Of a stretch of DNA of 64,000 nt, positions 48,424 to 57,665 are shown in pieces. The DNA comes from Dehalococcoidia bacterium. GTDB lineage: Bacteria; Chloroflexota; Dehalococcoidia; Plut-88900. The notes under the pieces are model-generated. The model saw only the letters and a list, made by a program, of their open reading frames with translations, made no database searches and had not been told where the DNA came from. Each line of letters opens with the position of its first letter. Position 1 is the first letter of the stretch. Position numbers and translations under genes: made by a program. The stretch lies in NCBI GenBank assembly GCA_965197645.1, contig OZ240219.1, positions 1,824,001 to 1,888,000 of the forward strand, given 5' to 3'.

Positions 48424-50429
48424 TTCGCGTAGGCGACATCCCATCCCAGATTCGCCATGGGGGCATGTACCGGGCCGGACTGTGGGCCAGTCTGGCTGTA
48501 ACTCTATACATCCTGGCTTACGTCCTCGCCAAGAACAACGCTAACATCGATTTTGGCGACTTTCCCTCATCCTGGGAAGTGCCCATACAGGAGCCCATAG
48601 ACTCCGTTTTTGGATGGGTAGGGGACACCTTCTCATGGTTCTTCAACCCTATTTCTGATGTCGTCGATCTGGGCCTCGCCTGGATCGATAGCTTTCTTCT
48701 TTGGCTTCCCTGGCCTGTTGTCGTCGCTGCAACTACCTTGGTAGGACTTAGGCTGAGCGGGGTGGGTTTGGCCGTATTCTGTGCCTTGAGCAGCATGTTT
48801 TTCGGCGTAATCGGCCTTTGGGATTCCACCATGCTGACCCTGAGTGTCATGGGCGTATCGGTCATTTTGGCTGTGGCAGTCGGCGTCCCGGTGGGCATAC
48901 TGGCCGGCTACAACAACCGGTTCGAGGCCGTCGTTCGGCCCATACTGGATACAATGCAGGTGCTCCCGCCCTTCGTGTATCTCATTCCGGCTTTGGTCCT
49001 GTTCGGCGTGAGCGGAACACAAGGGGTCTTCTTGACTGTGGTCTACTCCATTCCTCCCGTAATCAGGTTGACCAATTTAGGTATCCGCCAAGTACCTAGA
49101 GCGGCCATCGAAACCGCTCAGTCCCACGGTTCAACCAACTTGCAGACACTGTTCCAAGTCCAGTTGCCGCTGGCTAAGAGCTCCATAATGATGGGCATCA
49201 ACCAGACCATAATGATGGCCGTAGCCATGGTGATCATTACGGCGCTGGTGGGAGTGATTGGTCTGGGGAAAGAAGTCTGGGTCGCCCTGAGGCAAGTGGA
49301 TGCAGGCGCCGGGCTGGAAAGTGGAGTAGCCATAGTACTGTTGGCGATTATCCTCGACAGATTCAGTTATGCCATGTCCAAGTCCAATCAACAATCCACA
49401 CTCAGAGACGGCAGCCTTACGAACACACACGCCCCAGAGTCTGCCAAAACAACCCATCCCGCAGTCGGAGCGATCAGCGAGGTTTTCGATCGTTTCGGCG
49501 TCCAGATAACTGGCGGGTTGGTCATAGTTATCCTTTTGATCTTCTCCACGGTGTGGGACGGTGCTAAGGAGTTTCCCGAGGCTTGGACCTTCTCTGTATC
49601 CAACGCTGTCAACGAAGCAGCGGATTGGATGGCGGTTAACCTCTACTTCATCACCAGTTGGATAAGGGACAGCCTCTTTCGAGAATTCGGCTTTGGACCT
49701 ATCCAAACCTTACTCCTGTGGCTCCCTTGGCCAGCCGTAATCATCCTGTCAGCCGGCCTGGCTTTCGCAGTTGCGGGCAGGAATGTGGCCATTCTAGCTG
49801 CTTTGGGTCTGATGCTTGCCGGGATCGGCGGGATCTGGGAAGTTACCATGGATACCTTGAGCCAGGTGCTGACCGGTGGCGTTTTCACCGTAATCTTGGG
49901 AATAGCTCTGGGCGTTCTCGCCTCCCAGAGCAGGACTTTCGAATCAATACTACGACCTATCCTGGACACTATGCAGACCATGCCGATCTTTGTATATCTG
50001 ATTCCGGTCATCATGTTGTGGGGTATTGGCCCCATAGTAGGCATAATTGCCACAGTCGTTTACGCGTTGCCGCCCGTGATACGCATGACCTGTCTGGGCA
50101 TCAAACAGGTCCCTCCCCAGGTCATAGAGACAGCACAATCTCACGGCTCTACCGGCTTGCAGACCCTACTCCAGGTCCAAATACCCTTAGCATTCCCCAC
50201 AATCATGATGGGGGTGAACCAGACCATAATCATGGTCTTGGCCATGGTAATCATCGCCGGTCTCGTAGGCGCGGGTGGCTTGGGACAGGAGGTGTATGTT
50301 AGCTCCATCTATCTGAGGATGGGACATGGTCTGGTGTCTGGGTTGACCATAGTCATCATGGCCATGGTGTTGGACCGGATGACCCAAGGTAAGAGTGGTC
50401 TGGCTAGGACCTTTTCCATGGCGAGATAG
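48420..50429 (+). CDS. proW: Betaine-type ABC permease with two fused ProW domains
   Basis: [14 protein letters not shown] and MMG(I/V)NQTI each occur twice; start position uncertain. Confidence 0.85.
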   Translation: MIRVGDIPSQIRHGGMYRAGLWASLAVTLYILAYVLAKNNANIDFGDFPSSWEVPIQEPIDSVFGWVGDTFSWFFNPISDVVDLGLAWIDSFLLWLPWPVVVAATTLVGLRLSGVGLAVFCALSSMFFGVIGLWDSTMLTLSVMGVSVILAVAVGVPVGILAGYNNRFEAVVRPILDTMQVLPPFVYLIPALVLFGVSGTQGVFLTVVYSIPPVIRLTNLGIRQVPRAAIETAQSHGSTNLQTLFQVQLPLAKSSIMMGINQTIMMAVAMVIITALVGVIGLGKEVWVALRQVDAGAGLESGVAIVLLAIILDRFSYAMSKSNQQSTLRDGSLTNTHAPESAKTTHPAVGAISEVFDRFGVQITGGLVIVILLIFSTVWDGAKEFPEAWTFSVSNAVNEAADWMAVNLYFITSWIRDSLFREFGFGPIQTLLLWLPWPAVIILSAGLAFAVAGRNVAILAALGLMLAGIGGIWEVTMDTLSQVLTGGVFTVILGIALGVLASQSRTFESILRPILDTMQTMPIFVYLIPVIMLWGIGPIVGIIATVVYALPPVIRMTCLGIKQVPPQVIETAQSHGSTGLQTLLQVQIPLAFPTIMMGVNQTIIMVLAMVIIAGLVGAGGLGQEVYVSSIYLRMGHGLVSGLTIVIMAMVLDRMTQGKSGLARTFSMAR

Positions 50430-50570
50430 GTGACGCAGGGTGCAACTTTGGAAAATGAGACCGTGAAACCAGCCAGGGAGGTGATGCCTATGGAAGGGTA
50501 ACAGCCCCCAGTTTGTTCAAGTCGAGTGCGATAAACTTTACTAACTCCCAACCGGAAGGGAGACAAACCT

Positions 50571-51635
50571 ATGAGTAAGAAGAGATCATGGTGGATTGGC
50601 CTACCGTTTGTGCTCATGCTGATAGCGGTAGTGGCTGTAGGGATGGCTTGTGGGGGAGCAGCCGAAGAACCGGATGAACCTGAAGTTTCCGAACCCGCCG
50701 AGGATGACGAAACTGCAACACCCGAAGTTCTTGAAACTGATACAGGCGAATCCAAGGGCAAGATAACGATCGTAGAGCAAGACTGGGACGGGCAGCTGGT
50801 TTTGACCTCGGTCGTACACATCTTGCTGGAGGAAGAGATGGGTTACGAGGTGGACCAGAAGTTTGCCCCGGCAGATTCCGTTCCCATGTTTATCGGGCTG
50901 GAGACCGGTGATTTTCACTTCGTCTGCTGCAACTGGCCCTCATATAGCGCCCATCTGCTCGAAGAATACGTGGACACCAAGGGGAGCGTCGAGCGCCTTG
51001 GTCTGGTCGGGATCAACGGGTCCAGTGGATGGTTCGTCCCGACATACGTTATAGAGGGAGACACCGAGCGTGGCATAGAAGCCGCCGCGCCTACCCTTCG
51101 AAGCTGGGAGCAGCTGGACGAATACGGCGAGATTTTCGCCACCGCTGACACCCGGGGCAAGGGTAGACTGGTGGAGATTGTGCCGGCCTGGGACACCCGG
51201 CCTGCCGAACGTTTGGAGGCCTTTGGCGCTGACTACGAAGTCGTCTTTTCCGGCTCTGAAGCTGCCAGCTTTGCCGAGCTCGGCGCTTACTACGAGCGGG
51301 GAGACCCTATCCTCCTATTCCTCTGGCACCCCCACTGGGCGCATGCGAAGTGGCAGTTGACCGAAATTCAGATGCCCCCTTGGACCGAGGAGTGCTACCC
51401 TGCAGGCGAGCAGTTTGACTGTGGCTGGCCCGGAGACCCCGTCGCCAAGCTGGTTTGGCCTGGACTGGAGGAGGCCTTCCCCGAGGTCTACCAGTTCCTA
51501 TCCAACTTCCAGATGACCAATGACCAGCAGAACGAGATGGTTCTCAAAGTAGCCGAAGGTGGGATGACTCCCCAGGATGCGGCCCAACAGTGGATAGACG
51601 CCAATGAGTCTGTCTGGCGTGCCTGGATACCCTGA
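50571..51635 (+). CDS. proX: Betaine-type ABC substrate-binding lipoprotein (ProX-like)
   Basis: GMAC lipobox; GWFVPTYVIEGD, LFLWHPHW, WIDANESVWRAW. Confidence 0.8.
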   Translation: MSKKRSWWIGLPFVLMLIAVVAVGMACGGAAEEPDEPEVSEPAEDDETATPEVLETDTGESKGKITIVEQDWDGQLVLTSVVHILLEEEMGYEVDQKFAPADSVPMFIGLETGDFHFVCCNWPSYSAHLLEEYVDTKGSVERLGLVGINGSSGWFVPTYVIEGDTERGIEAAAPTLRSWEQLDEYGEIFATADTRGKGRLVEIVPAWDTRPAERLEAFGADYEVVFSGSEAASFAELGAYYERGDPILLFLWHPHWAHAKWQLTEIQMPPWTEECYPAGEQFDCGWPGDPVAKLVWPGLEEAFPEVYQFLSNFQMTNDQQNEMVLKVAEGGMTPQDAAQQWIDANESVWRAWIP

Positions 51636-51693
51636 TAGATAACCAGGCCGGCTCCACTGAGAGATCGGTTACGAATCGATCCGTGGACTAGAA

Positions 51694-51727
51694 GCGATAG
51701 GAAGGGAGTGCGTTCCCTTCCTATCGC
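51694..51727 (+). terminator. Hairpin after proX (terminator or mRNA-stabilising stem)
   Basis: GCGATAGGAAGGGA...TTCCCTTCCTATCGC; no U-tract. Confidence 0.55.
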
Positions 51728-51798
51728 TGGCCATGGTTCACATAAGGCCCGAGAAGTTGCGCGTGTTTCCCCGTGACCACAGAGCGGAGGTCTAGACG

Positions 51799-53349
51799 AT
51801 GAACTACGATCACATAGTCGTCGGCGCAGGATCAGGCGGAGCGGTGATGGCAAGCCGTCTATCCGAAGACCCCAACCGCTCGGTCCTCCTCCTGGAGGCG
51901 GGTGCCGATTTCCCGGACATTGAGCACCTACCCCCGGAGCTGAAGTACATGTATGGGGAGAGGCCTTCAGCTTTCGAAAGTGAGCACCTGTGGAACTTCG
52001 AGGCAAGGGGAACTGATGAAGGCCTACCCCTGCTGGTACCCCGCGGAAAAGTCACGGGGGGAACCAGTGCCGTCAACGGCGCCAATTACCTCCGGGCAGA
52101 CCGAGAAGATTTCGATCTCTGGGCAGAGGCGGGAAATGACGAGTGGGGCTTCGAACAGATACTTCCCTACTTCAAGAAAACGGAAACAGACCACCACTTC
52201 CAGAACGAGTTTCACGGCTCCGACGGTCCCATCCACTGCCGTAGGTTCACCCCCGAAGAGTGGGGCCCTCAGCAGCAGGCTTTCTACGATGCCTGTTTGG
52301 ATTACGGATTCCCCGATTGTCCAGACCACAACCGACCCGATTCCACCGGTGTGGGGCCTCTAACATTCAACATTGTAGACCGTATCAGATGGAGTACGGC
52401 GTTAGGCTATCTGGACCCCGCTCGCCACAGGGTTAATCTAACCATCAAGCCCAATTGTCTGGTCCATGGGATCATTTTCGACGGCGTTCGGGCCACCGGC
52501 GTTCTACTCACCAGTGGCGGAGAGATGTTCACGGTGTACGGGGAGGAGATTATTCTATCCGCAGGCACCATTGGCTCCGCTCACATCCTGGCCCTTTCCG
52601 GTGTCGGCCCCGCGGATCAGTTGACTCCCCTGGGCATCCCGGTTGTACAGGAAATGCCCGGTGTTGGACAGAACCTTCGGGACCATTTGGATTTGGACAT
52701 AAGCTGGAACTCGAACACAAGATTTCCCGTAGCCGAAGAACGCGCGGCCGAAGCGACAATAACCCTCCGATACACCGCTCCCGGATCACCCTACAAAAAC
52801 GATATGGTGGTTTGCATGAGCAACCGCCTGGGTGAGGGCCCGGGCCTCCCTCTCGATGAAAAAGCGGAGATGGGCATCGGACTCCATCTATGTAACTACA
52901 TGGCCCTCTGTTCCGGTGAGATGCGAATTCAGTCCACAGATCCTCGTAAAGCGCCCTACCTGGACTACAACTACTTCCAAGACCCGCTGGACCTCTCTAG
53001 ATATCGAGATGGTGTCAGGATGTGCATAGAACTCTCCAAGTACCCGGCCTTCGAAGAGCTGGTCACGGACCGCATCGCGCCTCCGGATGAGGTCCTGGAA
53101 TCGGATGATGCTCTGGACCTGTGGTTGAAGAAATCGGTGCGGTCGGCTCACCACATTGCCGGTACTTGCAAGATGGGGCCATCATCGGACCCGTTGGCTG
53201 TAGTAGACCAGTACGGCCGAGTTCACGGATTGGAAGGCGTTCGCGTTGCGGATGCATCGATAATGCCTCACTCGGTACGGGCCAATCTCAACGCCAACAT
53301 CTTGGCCATGGCCGAGCGGATAGCCGACTTCATTAAAGACGGACGTTAG
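51799..53349 (+). CDS. GMC oxidoreductase (choline dehydrogenase / MftG-like)
   Basis: VGAGSGG, PRGKVTGGTSAVNG, GVGQNLRDH, HHIAGTCKMG, RVADASIMP. Confidence 0.9.
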   Translation: MNYDHIVVGAGSGGAVMASRLSEDPNRSVLLLEAGADFPDIEHLPPELKYMYGERPSAFESEHLWNFEARGTDEGLPLLVPRGKVTGGTSAVNGANYLRADREDFDLWAEAGNDEWGFEQILPYFKKTETDHHFQNEFHGSDGPIHCRRFTPEEWGPQQQAFYDACLDYGFPDCPDHNRPDSTGVGPLTFNIVDRIRWSTALGYLDPARHRVNLTIKPNCLVHGIIFDGVRATGVLLTSGGEMFTVYGEEIILSAGTIGSAHILALSGVGPADQLTPLGIPVVQEMPGVGQNLRDHLDLDISWNSNTRFPVAEERAAEATITLRYTAPGSPYKNDMVVCMSNRLGEGPGLPLDEKAEMGIGLHLCNYMALCSGEMRIQSTDPRKAPYLDYNYFQDPLDLSRYRDGVRMCIELSKYPAFEELVTDRIAPPDEVLESDDALDLWLKKSVRSAHHIAGTCKMGPSSDPLAVVDQYGRVHGLEGVRVADASIMPHSVRANLNANILAMAERIADFIKDGR

Positions 53350-53364
53350 CAGCTACCCGGTTCA

Positions 53365-53531
53365 CCTCGGGCGTTCTGCCGGTCGGAGTTGGCCATTGCG
53401 TTCTGGCAGGCCCTGTTTCCGGTAACCTTCGTCGGCAGCTCTTCCGTGATCACCTGCTCGATCTTGTCCTGGTCCTTCCACTCGATATTGTCGAACCGGT
53501 CGTTGAACTCCCTGACGATGTTGGAGAGCCG
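53365..53531 (-). pseudogene. Remnant of a type I restriction subunit HsdR C-terminal region
   Basis: LSNIVREFNDRFDNIEWKDQDKI..EELPTKV..CQNAMANSDRQNAR resembles HsdR C-termini; no upstream body. Confidence 0.6.
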
Positions 53532-53683
53532 GTTTATCTTGCGAGACAACCAGCCGCACGCCTCACCTCCCAATGTTCTGGCACATCGCCAAGCCAGGGG
53601 ACGCGTCGGAGGGTTTGAGGAGGGGTAGGGGGGTGGGGTCTCACGTCTTGCATGTATCTGAATTGAGGCCTGGCTACGATCGT

Positions 53684-54118
53684 TCAAAGACCAAGCTGCT
53701 CCCTTATGATAGAGGTCGCAATTCCCTTGGCTACATCAATTGTGAGGTTCGCCAGCTTGTGGCCCCCATTTTGGGCCTTTTGGGTCGCTGCCTCCCAAAC
53801 CGCATCTTCCCGAACGCTGTTGAGGAAATCATGTCCAGACCACGTGAGACCGTTGATACTGACGTAGTACTTGTTGCCAAACGTCCATTTGCCATCACCG
53901 TTCACTAACCCTTCCTGTATCAGAAGGTCTAGGTTGTAATCAACTTCCCCTTCGGTGTATCCCGCTACCTCTAGGGCTAGATCAGCATTACGGCTCTCTT
54001 GAGCTTCAATACGAAGCAGTAGCTCGCGAATCAAGTTTAAGTCCCGCCTCAAATCGCATCTCCTAACTAAGAATAGAACATTGTTTAGATGTTCGTGATA
54101 GCTATCTACTGCGCTCAC
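53684..54118 (-). CDS. DUF2513-domain protein
   Basis: RRDLNLIRELLL..YNLDLLIQEGLV..LTWSGHDFLNSVRED.VW; the true start may be downstream. Confidence 0.8.
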   Translation of the reverse strand: MSAVDSYHEHLNNVLFLVRRCDLRRDLNLIRELLLRIEAQESRNADLALEVAGYTEGEVDYNLDLLIQEGLVNGDGKWTFGNKYYVSINGLTWSGHDFLNSVREDAVWEAATQKAQNGGHKLANLTIDVAKGIATSIIREQLGL

Positions 54119-54876
54119 CGAGCGTAAGATTCCGACGGGCCTGCGTAATCAATCTGCGCAATCCTGTCATGCGGAAATGCTTGTAGGCCTTCGTTCTCTT
54201 CAGGCAGCAAATACACAAACTGCTCTCCAATCATGATGACCCGAAAACTCCCACTGTCGCCGGAAGCAAACTGGACGGTCGCCTGTGGCGATTGATGCAG
54301 GGCGTCCGCCGCCTCATCATGCGCCGTTGAGGACGAGAAATTGTAGGCATACGTCCCCCACAGGACCACCAACCCTACAGTGATGACACTGACAAGAAAT
54401 CGGCGAGAGGCCTTCTCCTCAACCTGTTTTTGTTCGGGCCTTGAATCCTCCGGTTTAGATTTGGCACGCATTGCCAAGCCCAGCATTGCTCCACCGTACA
54501 AACTCATAGCCATTGACAGTACAATCCAAAGACTCCGCATGACTGAATCAGTGGTGACAATTGGAGTAACACTCACAACGACTGGCCCCGCTACCATGAG
54601 AAGGCAGCCAAGACCGCACTTCTGCCATCTAGGCAATTGCAACCTCGTTAGAGGTCCAGATAGCAGGAAATACGAAACCAGCGCTATGGATAAGCCAATG
54701 CCTATGACCGTGACGCCAGGCGAGACTATAGCGTAATCTATGGCGCTCAACCGGGTCTCGAAAACGGGCACTCCGAGAGTTTCGTGGTAAGTAAGCACAT
54801 ATATTCGTCCAAGGAAAATCGTGAACGCTATCACGACGCCCTGAAGTACGATACCAAGGTACGGAAGACCCGACAT
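54115..54876 (-). CDS. Hypothetical multi-pass membrane protein
   Basis: About five hydrophobic helices; AT-richer; tightly coupled to its neighbours. Confidence 0.65.
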   Translation of the reverse strand: MSGLPYLGIVLQGVVIAFTIFLGRIYVLTYHETLGVPVFETRLSAIDYAIVSPGVTVIGIGLSIALVSYFLLSGPLTRLQLPRWQKCGLGCLLMVAGPVVVSVTPIVTTDSVMRSLWIVLSMAMSLYGGAMLGLAMRAKSKPEDSRPEQKQVEEKASRRFLVSVITVGLVVLWGTYAYNFSSSTAHDEAADALHQSPQATVQFASGDSGSFRVIMIGEQFVYLLPEENEGLQAFPHDRIAQIDYAGPSESYAR

Positions 54877-54878
54877 GC

Positions 54879-55025
54879 TTATCTCCGACTTTCTATACGA
54901 CCAAACACCGTGTTGTACTTTGGCTTCCGCCGTTCGGGGTGCTCTAGTGCCATTAAGTCAACTCTCACGCTTGCCGGTTTCTGAACGGCGGAAGACTCCA
55001 CACCAAGGTTCGTGCTCTCCGCCAT
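54879..55025 (-). CDS. Putative 48-aa small protein, absent from the ORF track
   Basis: GGAGG-N8-ATG; MAESTNLGVESSAVQKPASVRVDLMALEHPERRKPKYNTVFGRIESRR; stop 2 nt before the next ATG. Confidence 0.4.
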   Translation of the reverse strand: MAESTNLGVESSAVQKPASVRVDLMALEHPERRKPKYNTVFGRIESRR

Positions 55026-55099
55026 TTAATCGCCTCCACCCATGATCTCACCCAACAATCCCTACGTCTCCCGCCTGAGGGCTAGGATGTCGGCCCGTA

Positions 55100-55310
55100 T
55101 CTCCGCCAGATGCCGATGTAGCCCTGCAGCAGATCCCCGTTCTCGTCCCATTCCAGGGAGTTTGCGGCCCCCTCGTAGTCGATCTGGCGGCCCTCGGCGA
55201 CTCCGTCGGGAGTCCCCAGGACGGTCTCCCCTGGCGGACTGCTGACGGTGCGCAACTGGTCCCGAATGGATGGGCCGTCAAGGTTTCCAGCCGCTTGAGC
55301 AGCCAGTGCG
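55100..55310 (-). pseudogene. C-terminal remnant of a LivJ-like ABC substrate-binding protein
   Basis: ALAAQAAG..IRDQLR..PPGE..IDYEGAA..WDENGD..IGIW. Confidence 0.55.
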
Positions 55311-55520
55311 GTGTCGGTATCTGGTCGGGACACATCCGCTCCTTTCCTGGGGCACTATGCCCTCAGTCTGGGAGCTCACACCCACTCCGATTTGTTGAGT
55401 CTTCTAAACCTCAGATGTGTCCGATGTTCACCGACGGTCTAGACATCACAACAGGGCCATCGGGGAGCTTACGAAACCTTAATCCAACCCCTGATCTTTC
55501 TGGTCTCAAAGGGTCTCATT

Positions 55521-56903
55521 TTAGCTACTTGCCGACAGAGCTTGACGGGCGGTGTTCCAGGGCTTGCGGGTAAAATGGCGGCCTAAGGTTCTCTCAATCT
55601 GACGCCACTTACGTTCCTCATCCAGCGTGACAAACGTTACCGCTTCTCCAGAGCGTCCCAGGCGTCCGGTCCGTCCGACCCGGTGAGTGAACAGCGGTCC
55701 AGAGTCCGGCAGATCATAGTTGATGACCTGGCCAATGCCCTCAACGTCCAGACCTCTGGCGGCCACATTTGTTGCGACCAAGATAGCCACCACGCCGGAC
55801 CGGAAGTTCGCCAGGACCCGTTCCCGTGCGCCTTGGCTCAGATTTCCTTGGAGCGCGCCAACGGGGTATCCAAGCAAATCTAGATGTTTCGCCAGCTTCT
55901 TGACACTGTGCTTGGTCTTGCGAAAAACGAGCACCGAAGCGCCATTCCTCTGATTCAACAGCGCCTGGAGAGCTTCAATCTTGCCGCTCTGTTCAATACT
56001 GTAGACCAGATGCTCAACGCTGGGCGGACTTAGCAAACCTGCGTCCACTTCCACTCTGACAGGCCGGCGCATGTGCTTCGCTGAGGTCTGGGTTACCCAC
56101 TCCGGCATGGTTGCGGAGAAGAGCGCCGTCTGTCGCTTCTGGGGTGTCCGATTTATGATGGCTTCGACGTCCCGGGCAAATCCCTGATCCAGCATTTCGT
56201 CTGCTTCATCCAGCACAAGGAATCGTACTGATTGCAGTTGCAGAGTGCCTTGGCGCAGATGGTCCAGGGTACGGCCCGGTGTCCCAACTATTATCTGCGG
56301 TCCATTCTTCAACGCTGCATACTCTGGCCTTATGGACCGGCCGCCGTAGAGCAGCGTCACGAGGAGTTGCTGCGGAGAAGCCAGAGCATCGATGACTCCA
56401 CCTACCTGAATAGCGAGTTCGCGGGTGGGTACCAGCACCAACGCCTGGACTTGCGGTAGTGATGCGTCGCACCGCTCTACCAGGGGTGCTGCAAACGCCA
56501 GCGTCTTTCCGGACCCAGTGCGCGCCTGACCTATCAAATCCAGTCCCTCAAGGAGCTTTGGGATGGCCTCTTCCTGAATCGGTGTTGGTTCCGATATGTT
56601 CATCCGGAGAATCGCCGCTCTGGTAGCAGCCTTCAAAAGTATTCCGGGAAACACGGCCTCATCGTCCAGACCTTTATCGGCAGGGGGACCACTTACGGCA
56701 GTCGGGTCCCTGCTCACGGGAGCTTTGGCGTTGGAAGAGGGGCCATTCCGGCGAGCCTTGAAGCACAGGCGACAATATATCGGCCTGCCTTGAGTTGGCC
56801 GGAAGGGGATGGTAGTAGTCGTGCCGCAATCTGCGCAAACACCGTGGTGGCGCTGGACACGGTTGGGCCGCAGTCGGCGACCTGAAATAGGTCTGACAAT
56901 CAT
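55521..56903 (-). CDS. DEAD-box RNA helicase with an N-terminal CxxC-x17-CxxC zinc ribbon
   Basis: CADC..PFRPTQGRPIYCRLC; ARTGSGKT, PTRELA, TPGR, DEAD, SAT, ARGLD, HRVGRTGR. Confidence 0.92.
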   Translation of the reverse strand: MIVRPISGRRLRPNRVQRHHGVCADCGTTTTIPFRPTQGRPIYCRLCFKARRNGPSSNAKAPVSRDPTAVSGPPADKGLDDEAVFPGILLKAATRAAILRMNISEPTPIQEEAIPKLLEGLDLIGQARTGSGKTLAFAAPLVERCDASLPQVQALVLVPTRELAIQVGGVIDALASPQQLLVTLLYGGRSIRPEYAALKNGPQIIVGTPGRTLDHLRQGTLQLQSVRFLVLDEADEMLDQGFARDVEAIINRTPQKRQTALFSATMPEWVTQTSAKHMRRPVRVEVDAGLLSPPSVEHLVYSIEQSGKIEALQALLNQRNGASVLVFRKTKHSVKKLAKHLDLLGYPVGALQGNLSQGARERVLANFRSGVVAILVATNVAARGLDVEGIGQVINYDLPDSGPLFTHRVGRTGRLGRSGEAVTFVTLDEERKWRQIERTLGRHFTRKPWNTARQALSASS

Positions 56904-57336
56904 GGCAAAAGACTCCTTAGTAACAGAGGTGACACCCGTGATTCAGCGCGGGGCGAAAAGACGGGAACCAGGAGTCTGATGGACCGTTGCTGTGTGAAAC
57001 CTTGGCGAGACTGTGGGTCGCAGTCTGTAGTATAACAGACTTATCTCAAAAGTGTGGATGGGAGATGTGCTCCGCCCCTAACCTCAGAGGGCAGAATTCA
57101 TTTAACGATGGTAACTCCAACCCAGCCAAACGCAGAGCAGGGCGCGGGGATGGTAGGCCGGCGCCCTGCCCCGGTACGGCCGTTATGAGATCGGCTCGCT
57201 GTTCTACTACGTGTACACCGTCACCGCCGGCGGCGAGAGCATTCCGGCGGTGATAGAGGCCCACTGATGAGCGGGGAGCGGATAGCCATAAACACAACAA
57301 GACCGCGTATGAGCCTGTCCCAGAACCCTGCTTTGA

Positions 57337-57425
57337 GAGAGTCCAGAGGGAAACTTCCCTCTGGTAGGGGGCCTGGGGGATGTTCCCCCAGCTACAAAAC
57401 CTTCCGAGGGCGGGCGGTTGGGACT
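57337..57425. repeat. REP-like multi-hairpin element
   Basis: CCAGAGGG-AAACTT-CCCTCTGG and CTGGGGGA-TGT-TCCCCCAG. Confidence 0.55.
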
Positions 57426-57497
57426 AAGACGTCCGTACTTTTGAGACAAGCTCATATATGGACGTGCGGGAGGGCTAGCACCCCGCCTCCCTCCATC

Positions 57498-57656
57498 TGG
57501 CATCCAGTAGCCGATGCGAGGCTCGGTGAAGATGTGGGTAAGGTTGCCCGAGTCGTCACCCGGCTTGCGGCGGAGAGTGCTCACGACGGCGCGCTCAATC
57601 TCGGTGAGGGCCGCTGCGATTGCGTTCGTGATGGAGAAGAGCGGAATGAACCTCAT
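57498..57656 (-). pseudogene. Chimeric scar: Fic-like N-terminus joined to an OmpR/KdpE-like C-terminus
   Basis: MRFIPLFSITNAIAAALTEIERA followed by LRRKPGDDSGNLTHIFTEPRIGY. Confidence 0.5.
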
Positions 57657-57665
57657 CCCTCTCTC

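Noticed and set aside
55015-55024. Extra att copy CTCTCCGCCA
   Set aside because: Only 10 bp, in inverted orientation, and explained by the start (ATG GCG GAG AG) of a small minus-strand ORF.
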